A stretch of 64,000 nt of DNA from Mustelus asterias. Lineage: Eukaryota. The DNA is taken from the NCBI RefSeq assembly GCF_964213995.1, contig NC_135812.1, forward strand, positions 62,496,001 through 62,560,000, read 5' to 3'. Below, in pieces: positions 38,405 through 50,511 of this stretch. The notes beneath the pieces were generated by a model. The model searched no databases. It saw nothing but the letters and a program-made list of their open reading frames with translations, and was not told the DNA's origin. The translations under genes were made by a program, and so were the position numbers. The stretch's first letter is position 1, and each line of letters starts with the position of its first letter.

Positions 38405-38536
38405 ATGCAACCTGAAGTGGCCTATATATGGTCCAAGTGCAGGTCAGTGGGACTAGGCAAAAAATGGTTCGGCACAGACAAGAAGGGCCAAAAGGCCTGT
38501 TTCTGAGCTGTAATTTTCTATGGTTCTATGGCTCTA
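38405..38536 (+). mobile_element. CR1 3' tail fragment
   Basis: GGCACAGACAAGAAGGGCCAAAAGGCCTGTTTCTGAGCTG..(TTCTATGG)n. Confidence 0.7.
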
Positions 38537-39179
38537 TAAAGTGATGTGGGTTGATCCAGAAACACGAAAAGCAAGTCCTGTACCAGCTGAGCATGCAGGA
38601 ATAGTCAGCTGTAATGCTTTTTTTAGGTTCTACTGGCAGCATCAGATCAACTCCCAAGATCATCCAAACCAACGACTCTGCTCAAAACCACGTGGAGGAT
38701 CAGGTTTTTTTTTTGCAGAGTGGGTGCGATTCTTTCTTTGGCAACCTTCCATCTCGCGAGATAATGGTTGGGACCTTGGTGGTCAACTTTATGTTAAGTA
38801 TTGCCTGGTGTGGAGGAGCTCACTCTGGCATGGCAGTCTCTGTCACATTTGCCCCAGAAGACGACAGTGGGTGAAGAGGGTGCAGCATTCTCTGGCCTGT
38901 TTTCTTTGGGCCTTCTTTAACATGCAGCTGAGCTTTTGTTTTCTCTTTACCTCCTCCAACACCCCGCCACACAGTCAGCCTCCAGGGGTGAGGGCCATCA
39001 GCCACTGTGTCTCAGTTGTCCCAATGCCTGCCAACCTCATAACTTGTTTGCAAGTGTCTTTGTAGCAGAGGTACAAATGCCCAGCAGGTCATGTTACAGT
39101 AGTCAGCTCGCTGTACAGGTGGTACACTGCACAGCATCGTTTTGTGAAAGGGAAAACACGCTTAACCAATTTACTGCAG

Positions 39180-40860
39180 TTCTCTGAAAGAATAACATGT
39201 GCTGTGGATAAAGGGGAGCCTGTAGACATGCTGTACTCATTTCCAGAAAGCATTCAGTAAGGTATCACATCAAAGGTTATTGTGAAAAATAAAAGCTCAT
39301 GGTGTGTGTGCGTGCGCACGTGCATGTATGTATGTACGTGGGGGTGGGGGAAGGGGTAACATATTAGCCTGGATGGTAGCAAGGAAACAGGTAATGCATA
39401 AATTGCTTTTTTCTGATTGGCAGGACGTGACGACTGGAGTCCTGCAGGGGTTTGTGTTGGACCTCAACTTTTTACAATTTACGTCAATGACTTATATGAA
39501 ATATTATCTTCATAGTCCATAAGTGTACAGGGCAGCACGGTAGCACAGTGGTTAGCACTGCTGCTTCACAGCTCCAGGGTCCCGAGTTCGATTCCCGGCT
39601 CGGGTCACTGTCTGTGTGGAGTTTGCACATTCTCCTCGTGTCTGCGTGGGTTTCCTCCGGGTGCTCCGGTTTCCTCCCACAGTCCAAAGATGTGCGGGTT
39701 AGGTTGATTGGCAAGGTTAAAAAAAAAATGCCCCTTAGAGTCCAGGGATGTGTAGGTTAGAGGGATTAGCGGGTAAAATATGTGGGGGTAGGGCCTGGGT
39801 GGGATTGTGGTCGGTGCAGACTCGATGGGCCGAATGGCCTCCTTCTGCACTGTAGGGTTTCTATGATTCTATGATTTCTATGAAGGGAGTGAAAGCATGG
39901 TAGCTAAATTTGCAGAATACACATGGATAGGAAGATTGTGAAGATGACATAAGGAGTTTGCAGATGGCTACAGATACGTTAAGTGAGTGGGCAAAAACAT
40001 GGTAGAGTATAATGAGGGAAAATATGAAGTTGTTCACTTTGGTAGGAAGAGTAAAAAAAGCAGAGTATTACTTAAACGGAGAATGACTGCAAAATTTGGA
40101 GATGCAGAGGGATCAAAGTGTTCAAGTGCATGAGTCACAAAAGGTTAGTATGCAAGTACAGCAAGTAATTAAGGAGGCTAATGAAATGCTATCCTTCATT
40201 ATGAAAAGATTTGAATATAAAATTAAATGTTATGCCTCAGTTATAAAAGGCATTGGTGAGCCCACATCTTTAATATCGTGTGCAATTTTGATCTCCTTAT
40301 TTAAGGAAGGATATAAATCGGTTGGAGATGGTTCAGAAGTTTACTAGGTTGATACCTGGAATGAGTGGGTTGTCTTGAGTATAGGTTAGACAAATGCAGC
40401 TTGTTCCCACTGGAGTTTAGAAGAGCGATGGGTGACTTGATTGAAGTGTTTTAGATTTTGACAAGGTGGATGTGGAAAGGATGCTCCCCTTGCAGGGGAG
40501 TCCAGAACTAGGGGGTACCCACCCTTGACCTTGATACCTTCCCCAATACCTCACCACCCTCAACACTGACTTCTGGACTACAACTCCTTTTCCCACTCCC
40601 CTGACAAATTAGACAGGAAGGTGGGTTGAAGTGTGTCTACTTCAAAATTAAAGGTAATCCTTTAAGGACAGATGAGAAATCTTTTCTCAGTGGATTGTGT
40701 GAATTTGGAACTCTTGCCTCAGAAGGTGGTGGAGGCAGGGTGATTGAATATTTTTAAGGCAGTGGTAGATAGATTTTTGTTAGGCAAGCAGGTCAAAAGG
40801 TTATCGGGGTTAGACAGAAATGTGGAATTTGAAACAGATCAGCCATGATCTTAATGAATG
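39180..40860 (+). mobile_element. Old CR1 RT/3' region, interrupted by a SINE and a younger CR1; tail resumes at 43913-43980
   Basis: GATAAAGGGGAGCCTGTAGAC (DKGEPVD) and QVQQVIKEANEML. AGCCATGATCTTAATGAATG continues as AATGGTGAAGCAGACTCGAGGGGCCAAATGGCCTAC at 43913. Confidence 0.85.
39530..39880 (+). mobile_element. Full-length, well-preserved HE1/V-SINE
   Basis: GGGCAGCACGGTAGCACAGTGGTTAGCAC (A box), GAGTTCGATTCC (B box), tail (TTCTATGA)n. Confidence 0.93.
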
Positions 40861-43800
40861 AGAGGGGCACCAATATTCTGGGAGGGAACCAGAGGGGCAC
40901 GAATATCCTGGGAGGGAAATTTGATACGGCTCTTCAGGGGGGTTTAAACTAATTTGTCAGGGGAGTGGGAAAAGGAGTTGTAGTCCAGAAGTCAGTGTTG
41001 AGGGTGGTGAGGTATTGGGGAAGGTATCAAGGTCAAGGGTGGGTACCAGTAGACAGGAAGGTGGGTTGAAGTGTGTCTACTTCAATGCAAGGAGCATCCG
41101 GAACAAAGTAGATGAACTTGGGGCGTGGATTGGTACTTGGGACTACGATGTTGTGGCCATTACAGAGACGTGGGTAGAACAAGGACAGGAATGGTTGTTG
41201 GACGTTCCGGGGTATAGATGTTTCAGTAAGTGTAGGGAAGCTGGTAAAAGAGGTGGAGGAGTGGCATTGTTAATCAAGGATAGTCTAACGGCTGCGGAAA
41301 GGCACTTCGAGGGGGATCTGCACACTGAGGTAATATGGGCTGAAGTTAGAAATAGGAAAGGAGCGGTCACATTGTTAGGAGTTTACTATAGGCCCCCAAA
41401 TAGTAATAGAGATGTGGAGGAAGAAATTGCTAAGAAGATTATGGATATGTGTGGGGGTCTCAGGGTAGTTGTCATGGGGGACTTGAACTTTCCAAATATT
41501 GATTGGAACCTTTGTAGGTCAAATAGTTCGGATGGGGCAGTTTTTGTGCAGTGTGTGCAGGAGGGTTTCCTGACACAATATGTGGATAGGCCGACAAGAG
41601 GTGAGGCCACATTGGATTTGGTACTGGGAAATGAACCGGGGCAAGTGTTAGATTTGGTTGTGGGAGAGCACTTTGGAGATAGTGACCACAATTCGGTGTC
41701 TTTTGTTATTGCAATGGAGAGGGATAGGGCCGTACGGCAGGGCAAGGTTTACAATTGGGGGAGAGGTAATTATGATGCGATTAAGCAAGAATTAGGGGGC
41801 ATAAGATGGGAACAGAAACTGTCAGGGAAAGGCACTAATGAAAAGTGGAACTTTTTCAAGGAACAAATACTGGGTGTCCTTGATAGGTATGTCCCTGTCA
41901 GGCAGGGAGGAAATGGCCGAGTGAGGGAACCATGGTTCACCAAAGAGGTGGAATGTCTTGTGAAAAAGGAAAAGGGAAGCTTATGTAGGGATGAGGAAAC
42001 AAGGTTCAGATGGCTCGATTGAGGGTTACAAGTTAGCAAGGAATGAGCTGAAAAAGGGGCTTAGGAGAGCTAGGAGGGGACCTGAGAAGTCCTTGGCGGG
42101 TCGGATCAAGGAAAACCCCAAGGCTTTTTAATCTTGTGTGAGGAATAAAAGAATGACCAGGGTGAGGTTAGGGCCGGTCAAGGACAGTAGTGGGAACTTG
42201 TGTATGGAGTCAGTAGAGATAGGCGAGGTGATGAATGAATACTTTTCTTCAGTGTTCACCAAGGAGAGGGGCCATGTTTTTGAGGAAGAGAAGGTGTTAC
42301 AGGCTAAGAGGCTGGAGGAAATAGTTGTTCGGAGGGAGGATGTCCTGGCAGTTTTGAATAAACTGAAGGTCGATAAGTCCCCTGGGCCTGATGAAATATA
42401 TCCTAGGATTCTTTGGGAGGCAAGGGATGAGATTGCAGAGCCTTTGGCTTTGATCTTTGGGTCCTCACTGTCCACGGGGATGGTGCCAGAGGACTGGAGA
42501 GTGGCGAATGTTGTTCCTCTATTTAAGAAAGGGAACAGAAATGACCCTGGTAATTATAGGCCGGTTAGTCTTACTTCGGTGGTTGGTAAATTGATGGAAA
42601 AGGTCCTTAGGGATGGGATTTACGACCATTTAGAAAGATGCGGATTAATCCGGGATAGTCAGCACGGATTCGTGAAGAGCAAGTCGTGCTTCACAAATTT
42701 GATAGAATTTTTTGAGGAGGTAACTAAGTGTGTTGATGAAGGTAGGGCAGTTGATGTCATATACATGGATTTTAGTAAGGTGTTTGATAAGGTCCCCCAT
42801 GGTCGGCTTATGATGAAAGTAAGGAGGTGTGGGATAGAGGGAAAGTTGGCAGATTGGATAGGTAACTGGCTATCTGATCGAAGACAGAGGGTGGTGTTGG
42901 ATGGAAAATTTTCGGACTGGAGGCAGGTTGCTAGCAGAGTGCCACAGGGATCAGTGCTTGGTCCTCTGCTCTTTGTGATTTTTATTAATGACTTAGAGGA
43001 GGGGGCTGAAGGGTGGATCAGTAAATTTGCTGATGACACCAAGATTGGTGGAGTAGAGGATGAGGTGGAGGGCTGTTGTAGGCTGCAAAGAGACATAGAT
43101 AGGATGCAAAGCTGGGCTGAAAAATGGCAAATGGAGTTTAACCCTGATAAATGTGAGGTGATTCATTTTGGTAGGACTAATTTAAATGTGGATTACAGGG
43201 TCAAAGGTAGGGATCTGAAGACTGTAGAGGAACAGAGAGATCTTGGGGTCCATATCCACAGATCTCTAAAGGTTGCCACTCAGCTGTGAAGAAGGCCTAT
43301 AGTGTGTTAGCTTTTATTAACAGGGGGTTGGAGTTTAAGAGCCGTGGGATTATGCTGCAACTGTACAGGACCTTGGTGAGACCACATTTGGAATATTGTG
43401 TGCAGTTCTGGTCACCTCATTGTAAGAAGGATGTGGAAGCACTGGAAAGAGTGCAAAGGAGATTTACCAGGATGCTGCCTGGTTTGGAGGGTAGGTCTTA
43501 TGAGGAAAGGTTGAGGGAACTAGGGCTGTTCTCTCTGGAGCGGAGGAGGCTGAGGGGAGACTTAATAGAGGTTTATAAAATGATGAAGGGGATAGATAGA
43601 GTGAACGTTCAAAGACTATTTCCTCGGGTGGATGGAGCTATTGCAGTTATAGCTATAGAGCATGAACCCTATAACTACAACGATAGGGTTCATGGTGGGA
43701 GATATAGGAAGGATATCAGAGGTAGGTTCTTTACGCAGAAAGTGGTTGGGGTGTGGAATGGACTGCCTGCAGTGATAGTGGAGTCAGACACTTTAGGAAC

Positions 43801-43912
43801 ATTTAAGCGGTTATTGGATAGGCACATGGAGCACACCAGGATGATCTTGGTTTCAGATAAAGCTCGGCACAACATCGTGGGCCGAAGGGCCTGTTCTGTG
43901 CTGTACTGTTCT
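40861..43912 (+). mobile_element. Young CR1 LINE with nearly complete ORF2 (APE endonuclease + RT) split by a few frameshifts
   Basis: ORFs 41015..42022 (YFNARSIRNK, ITETW, MGDLNFP, SDHN), 42138..43289 (NYRPVSLTS, DFSKVFDKVPH, PQGSVLGP, FADDTK) and 43286..44020. Confidence 0.97.
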
Positions 43913-44581
43913 AATGGTGAAGCAGACTCGAGGGGCCAAATGGCCTACTTCGGCTCCTATTTCATATCTTCGTATGTATGTTCAAATGTAATGTCAATGA
44001 ATGGCTGCTGTTACACTTGATCGTTTCTTGCAAGATGGACAAAGATGGTATTTGTCCCCTTGGTGCTGCTTTTTCTTTTCTATGTGGGCAATCTGAAAGC
44101 CCTCCGAGGCAGAGGAGGGCCATTCCTGTTGCAAGATGATGTTTGAGCGGTTTGCTCATCTCTGCTTTATGTTGTTGATGGTTGATAGACTGCTGCCAGG
44201 TTCAGCATTCCTTGTGCTTGTGGCATGTTGACAGGAAGTCGCAGCGTGTGCACAGTGGTTGACGCGTCTACCAGCTGTACCATCATCGTAGTTATAGGTA
44301 ACGGCTTCTCAGACTGATTGTTCTCCAGTGTCACTTCCACCAGAGGTGTCATGGTAATCTTGTGGGGAGTAGGTCGGTCTGACCATTGGGGATATCTTTT
44401 GTGTTAATCTAACCATTGGGGAATGATAATAAATGTGATCCATAAAGAGAGATCAAAGGCAAAAATCAGGGTCTAAGTACTCTTCAGTGTTTGAGCACTG
44501 TTTGTTCTGGCTGACTTTCGACACAGTGAGAGGTTTAACAACACCAGGTTAAAGTCCAACAGGTTTATTTGGTAGCAAAAG

Positions 44582-44626
44582 CCACACAAGCTTTCGGAGC
44601 TCTAAGCCCCTTCTTCAGGTGAGTGG
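44582..44626 (-). ncRNA. Minimal hammerhead ribozyme motif, intact core, sense to the host pre-mRNA
   Basis: Minus strand CCACTCAC-CTGAAGA-A-GGGGCT-TAG-AGCTCC-GAAA-GC-TT-GTGTGG. Confidence 0.75.
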
Positions 44627-45396
44627 GAATTCTGTTCACAAACAGGGCATATAAAGACACAGACTCAATTTACATGAATAATGGTTGGAATGCGAATACT
44701 TACAGCTGATCAAGTCTTTAAGATACAAACAACGTGAGTAGACAGAGCATCAAGACAGGCTAAAAAGATGTGTATTGTCTCCAGACAAGACAGCCAGTGA
44801 AACTCTGCAGGTCCCCAGACAGGCTGTGGGGGTTACAAATAGTGTGACATGAACCCAATATCCCGGTTGAGGCCGTCCTCGTGTGTGCGGAACTTGGCTA
44901 TCAGTTTCTGCTCAGCGACTCTGCGCCGTCGTGTGTTGTGAAGGCCGCCTTGGAGAACGCTTACCCGAATATCAGAAGCCGAATGCCCGTGACCACTGAA
45001 GTGCTCCCCAACAGGAAGAGAACAGTCTTGCCTGGTGATTGTCGAGCAGCATTCGGCCTCTGATATTTGGGTAAGCGTTCTCCAAGGCGTCCTTCACGGC
45101 ACAGAGTCGCTGAGCAGAAACTGATTGCCAAGTTCCGCACACACGAGGACAGCCTCAACCAGGATATTGGGTTCATGTCACACTATTTGTAACCCCCACA
45201 GCCTGCCTGGACCTGCAGAGTTTCACTGGCTGTCTTGTCTGGAGACAATACACATCTTTTTAGCCTGTCTTGATGCTCTCTCCACTCACGTTGTTTGTAT
45301 CTTAAAGACTTGATTAGTTGTAAGTATTCGCATTCCAACCATTATTCATGTAAATTGAGTCTGTGTCTTTACATGCCCTGTTTGTGAACAGAATTC

Positions 45397-45441
45397 CCAC
45401 TCACCTGAAAGAGGGGCTTGGAGCTCCGAAAGCTTGTGTGG
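45397..45441 (+). ncRNA. Hammerhead motif with mutated core (CTGAAAG), probably inactive
   Basis: CCACTCAC-CTGAAAG-AGGGGCTTGGAGCTCC-GAAA-GCTT-GTGTGG. Confidence 0.55.
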
Positions 45442-46700
45442 CTTTTGCTACCAAATAAACCTGTTGGACTTTAACCTGGTGTTGTTAAACTTCTTACTGT
45501 GTTTACCCCAGTCCAACGCCGGCATCTCCACATCATCACTTTCGACAGCCATCTGAAGGAGATCCAGCGCTCGACAGGCATTCCTGCTTAGGAGAGAGAA
45601 AGACTGGTTACAGATGACGTACATCAGCTCTCTTGCTGTCATACCTCAGTGGTTTGAGGGTCATGTCAATGACTGGGAGTCAGACTCCCCCTGCCCTGTA
45701 AAGTGGAGTGTCTGATGTTTGAATCCAGGGGCCTTGGAACAGCGGCTCCTTCTCTGACAGGAATGTAACACTGGCACCTGAATCTAATTTAAAATTTGTT
45801 AGAAGACCATTTACTAGAGTGTGTCAGCTCTCCAAAAGGAAGTACTGCACTCTTTGATCTCACCCAAGAAGCATGACTGTCTCTCTTCTGGGTTTTCAGT
45901 CTCATCCTCGTGGATGACATTTGGGGGATCTATATGGTGCTGGGGTTTGACTTGCAGTTTACCAAAGTGTTTCTGTTTGTTGCAATGGGAGCATTGGGCT
46001 GTCCTCACAGGACATTGCTTTTCTGTGAGAGTGTTTTGTATCATGATACTGGCAAGGTTGCTCTGCTGGTTAGTTCAGGAATTGTTTCGCCCTGACTTGA
46101 ATTGTCCCTGCATTTCTGTGACATGATAAGATGGACTGAGGTTTGGTTTCTGCCCCATGTTGTATTTTCTCCCCTTAGGGTGGTCCTGTGTTGTTTACGT
46201 AGCTCAGACAGTCTAACTAGCCCTTACGACTTGCCTTGGCCAAGGTGATCTTTAGCTTGTAGGAGGTCAGAGAGGGAATCGTTTGCAATACCCATCAAGA
46301 TTCTGTCGAGGATAAGCTTAGACTTTAAAATCTCCGTATTCACACTCCTCTGCCACCCTGAGATCATATGATAGAATCAACAAGCTCTCCAGGCAGTTGG
46401 ACTCTTACTAAATTTAGCTTTTTCCAATAATTTGTTTAAACATTGATGTTGAAGGACTTCAAAACTTTCTCAGATTTGGCAGATTACTCATTAATATCTT
46501 GTCGTGTGATGATTTTGCCTGTAAATGGCCCAAATGAATAACTAGTGTGTTTACTTGCTGTTTCAGATTTTTTATTTAGACTGAAGCAATGCTGTGTTCT
46601 TCCAAAGACTCGAACTCTGTGACTGGTTCAGGCCTTGGGTAAGTTCCAACAGAGCCGAAAGTGTGGAATTGTGATCCATGTTGAAAATTTTAATATTGTG

Positions 46701-47689
46701 TGTGACGCTACTTTGCCTTTAAGAAAGGTATTTTAAGCATGTTCTCAGCAGTTATACAGTAAGAAGTTTAACAACACCAGGTTAAAGTCCAACAGGTTTA
46801 TTTGGTAGCAAAAGCCACACTTTTGCTACCAAATAAACCTGTTGGACTTTAACCTGGTGTTGTTAAACTTCTTACTGTGTTTACCCCAGTCCAAAGCCGG
46901 CATCTCCACATCATGCTCAGCAGTTATAAGCAGCCCTGTTTTTCTTTATTGGGGTACTGAGTTGTCTGAGCCAGTGACCTCTTATTGTTGAAAAGCCATA
47001 TAATGGGCCTTTTGTTTATTTTTAATCTGGGCCTAATGCAATGTCCTGGAGTTCTATGACCCTTTTGAATTGTCTGGTTTGCAACTGATTGACAGGTCAT
47101 GGTCAGGTGGCTCCTACCTAAGGAAATCCAAGAGTTACTTTCAGAAGCTGTTAGGACTTCAGACTTAAAGTAGTGTGTTTGTCTCTCCCCCGGTATTGGA
47201 AATTTAGCTCTTGGTGACTCCCTAGCTAGTAGAGGAAAGGAGTGCCTCTGTCTCTCGAAGAGTGCTGAAATTCCAGGGTCAGAAGGCCTCAGTATTTCAA
47301 CTGAACATCCAAAGTGGGAAATCACAGCTGGGGTTGCAAAGCTGCCAAATCCAGCATCACATAAGCATACTGATTTTCTGCGCTAAACCTAGAATGGCGG
47401 TGTGTTGTAAGGGTTTGTTTGGTTGGAACAGTACATTTAGCTTTAAGGTATATACAATATCATGATTGTTTCTTTTCTTGTTTGTAATCGGTATAAGTTA
47501 TTGATGATTTTTCTTATATGTTAACTGTACTCTTAAATAAACCTTGTTTGATGAAAGCTCCCTAGTGGGTCACTTGAGTCATACCTGGAGTGAAACATCT
47601 TATGCTTACCTGTGCCAAATTTCAAAGTGCAAAACTTATGGTCTAGGCTGACTTCATAAAAAACCTTGGAATTTCTCACCTATATAACA
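46701..47689 (+). mobile_element. Solo LTR with 4 bp TSD
   Basis: TGTGAC...ATAACA termini. TGTG at 46697-46700 and 47690-47693. AATAAA at ~47536. Confidence 0.7.
46757..46915 (+). mobile_element. Miniature foldback Penelope-like insertion (59 bp perfect hairpin plus tail) with 13 bp TSD
   Basis: TSD CTCAGCAGTTATA at 46744-46756 and 46916-46928. Stem 46756-46814 pairs with 46820-46878. Confidence 0.92.
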
Positions 47690-47982
47690 TGTGGTACAGC
47701 TGTCAAGAGTTTACAAGCTTCCAAGATGGTATCATCGTGTAGTGCAGAACAATGGATTTCCTGCGCTTGCCCGTTTTTGGTGGGCTGTGCAAAATTCAGG
47801 AAGAAGCATTTTCAAAAATGGCTGTGTGGGTCGGCTGGCTACTGACTTGTTTTAATCAGCGATGTAGTGTTGCAAGTAATGAAGCATTTGTAAGAACCAC
47901 AGGGTTAATGTTTAAGGAATCGGATGGTTGTGAAGTTCCTGAGAATTGAGTAAATTGATTATTAATTCAGTCTGGAAATTGA

Positions 47983-49220
47983 AAGAATGAACAAAGAACA
48001 GTGGAGCACAGGAACAGGCCCTTCGGCCCATCAAGTCTGTGCCGACACAGATGCCTCTCCAATCTACTATTTTCCTGCCTCTATGTGGTCCATATCTCTA
48101 TATTCCCTGCCTATTCATGTATACATCCAGATGCCCCTTGAACATTGTTATAGAATCTGCTTCCACCACCGTATCTGGCAGTGCATTCCAGGAATTCACC
48201 ACCCTCTGAGAAAAACTTGTCTCTTACATTTCTTAAACTTTCCCCTCTCACTTTCAACCTATGCCCACGAATAATTGACCCTTCGACCCTGGGAAAAAGA
48301 CTCTGACTATCCACTCTATCCAAGCCTGTCATAATCTTGCTAACCTCTATCAGGACCCCCTCATCCTCCGATGCTCCAGTGAAAACAATCCAAGTTTGTT
48401 CAACCTTTCTTCATAGTCCATATCCTCCAAACCAGACAACATTCTGGTAAAACTCTTCTGCACCCTTTCCATTGCATCAACATCCTTCCAGTAGTGTGGG
48501 GACCAGAATTGTACACAATATTCCAAATGCAGTCTAACCAAAGTCTTATACAGCTGCCACATGATTTTCCAGTTCCTATACTCAACGATCTGACTGATGA
48601 AGACCAGCATACCATACGCCTTCTTTACCACCTTGTCCACCTGAGTCGTCCCCTTCAGGGAATTGTGGATCTGCACGCCTAGATCCCTCTGTATGCTATT
48701 ATTTCTAAGGGCTCTACCATTTACTCTATACTTTCCTTCTGCAGTAGACCTTCCAAATCGCATCACCTCACATTTGTCCGGGTTAAATTCCATCTGCCAT
48801 CTTCTGGCCCAGGTCTCCAGCTGATTTAGATCCTGCTGTATCCTCTGACAATCCTCCTCACTATCCACTACTCCCCCAATTTTTGCATCATCTGCAAATT
48901 TACTAATCAGACTTTCCTCCAAATTATTTATATACAAACGAGTGATTCTTGTGGAACACTACTTGTCACAGACCTCCAAGTTAGAAAAGTACCCTTCCAC
49001 TGCTACTCTCTGCTTTCTATGTCTAACTTTCTGTATCAGCCTGCCAAGAAGAACCTTATCGAAAGCTTTACTAAAGTCCGTGTATACAACATAGAGTGCC
49101 CTGCCCTGGTCAATTTTTCTTGTCACTTCCTCAAAGAACTCAATCAAGTTTGAGAGACACGATCTCCCCTTCACAAAACCATGCTGTCTTTCGCTAATAA
49201 GCCTATTCTCTTCCAGGATG
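47983..49220 (-). mobile_element. CR1 LINE 3' half
   Basis: ORFs 48350..48937 (SKFADDAK, WQMEFNPDKCEV, LVRLHLEYCVQFW) and 48959..49267 (QHGFVKGRSCLSNL, DFSKAFDKV). Confidence 0.93.
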
Positions 49221-49257
49221 TAAGTACATCCTGTCCCTAGGATGTACTGTCCCTGAA

Positions 49258-50510
49258 TGTAGCTCACCCTTGCAGACTATGAACTTGGCTTGCTGAAGCT
49301 GGACTTCCTTCTGTACTGTAGGGATTCTACCACCATAGGATGATGCTGGTTGCTGTTGTCTGGGGATTTCTGATATCCTGCGGACTCACTCAACCTGCAC
49401 TGTGTATAATGGATTTCACTCAAATACCTCTGCATATATCAGACAAAAGGACTACGCACATGAACCAATAGTAAATAAGTAAATAAGTCACAACTTTATT
49501 CCAAACAGTAAAAGACTTAAGTTTTACAACTTTAACAATTCTCTCTCTCTCTCTAGTTAATTGATCATTTAGAAATTCGCATACTACCCCGGATCCTCGT
49601 GATTCCGTCAGTATGTTGAACTCTCAAGTCTGTCTCTCTCTGGTCTGGAGGTGATCTGCTCTCATCGCTGCCATGTCTGGACGAGCTTCTCGGAAGGCTG
49701 GAGAAGTGATTTCTCTCGAATGTTGCCAGCATAGGTTCTTTATACCTGTCTGGCTAACTTCTGGAATCTTCTGAGGATTTGGCCGAGCAGGTGCTTAGGT
49801 CCGACTAGATTCACATCATTTTTGATGGGTTTCAATGGGTGTTAACGAGTTTCAATGGTGGACTCTGTGTTTGTCTGCTAGAAACTAGATGTCTAGTTTC
49901 AGCTTCTAATATGCACTGAATCCTTTCTTTCACTGATGCATGTCTGGCCATGAACCTAGTGGTGATTTGTTTCTCAGGAAATGTAGAACTGTCCTTTTAC
50001 ACATGTTAATGTGTCCTGGTGTATCATCGGTTTTCAATTGTCTGAGCTCAAATCTTGCAAAGGGCCTGCCTCCAGGCAGATTTGTCTGTGATTTTGGACT
50101 GAGGTAATCCCAGCATACCTTGCTTTTAGGTCAATTTCTATGTCAGTTTTTATGTCACCTTGAGAACTTGTATTTGTGGCCTGATGGTTACTTGTAGTTG
50201 GTTTCCTTTCAATTATTCTATTTTACTCAAGCAGTCACAGGCTGCTACATTGCAGAATGGGTCTGTTAAAGTTTCTGTGGTCTTCAGTGTTAACAGCAAA
50301 TCTTTATTAACTACATGTAACGATATACAACAATCCAAGAAATGGTATAGGTATGGTGCTCTCTCAATCCTAGGTCGTACATGTCTCTGGTCAACCCCCC
50401 ACTGATTTAGGTATTGGTCAGTGCCTTCCTTATATCACTGTATGGGTGGTACTGTGCTCAATCCCACATTAACCACAAATCAAACCCTACTACATTATTC
50501 GTAAACTACA
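49258..50510 (-). mobile_element. Possible long solo LTR
   Basis: TGTAG...CTACA inverted termini. Minus-strand GGTATAAAG at ~49738-49746 and AATAAA at 49495-49500. No TSD found. Confidence 0.35.
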
Positions 50511-50511
50511 T

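Larger units (their letters stand above)
44524..45537. mobile_element. Palindromic Penelope-like insertion (two inverted 3' ends) with 10 bp TSD
   Basis: Arms 44524-44986 and 45049-45499. TSD ACTTTCGACA at 44514-44523 and 45538-45547. The left arm on the minus strand encodes SLPVGEHFSGHGHSASDIRVSVLQGG..AEQKLIAKFRTHEDGLNRDIGFMSHYL* (PLE GIY-YIG C-terminus). Confidence 0.92.
43990..46690 (-). mobile_element. Degenerate Gypsy (Mag-like) internal region: gag, zinc knuckle, protease
   Basis: 45755-45814 minus translates VNGLLTNFKLDSGASVTFLS (aspartic protease). ORF 45814..46044 has QCPVRTAQCSHCNKQKHF. Outer limits are uncertain. Confidence 0.65.

Noticed and set aside
38520-39065. 181 aa plus-strand ORF
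   Set aside because: Starts in a CR1 tail and has no recognisable protein motif. Possibly a degraded TE, which I could not classify.
39530-39605. tRNA gene-like sequence (also at 192, 25039, 16410, 61060)
   Set aside because: These are SINE heads with A/B boxes that continue into SINE core. There is no complete cloverleaf.
41143-43875. Several minus-strand ORFs of 61-145 aa
   Set aside because: Antisense shadows of CR1 ORF2.
46756-46878. pre-miRNA hairpin
   Set aside because: The perfect stem is fully explained by an inverted PLE end with a TSD. There is no expression evidence.
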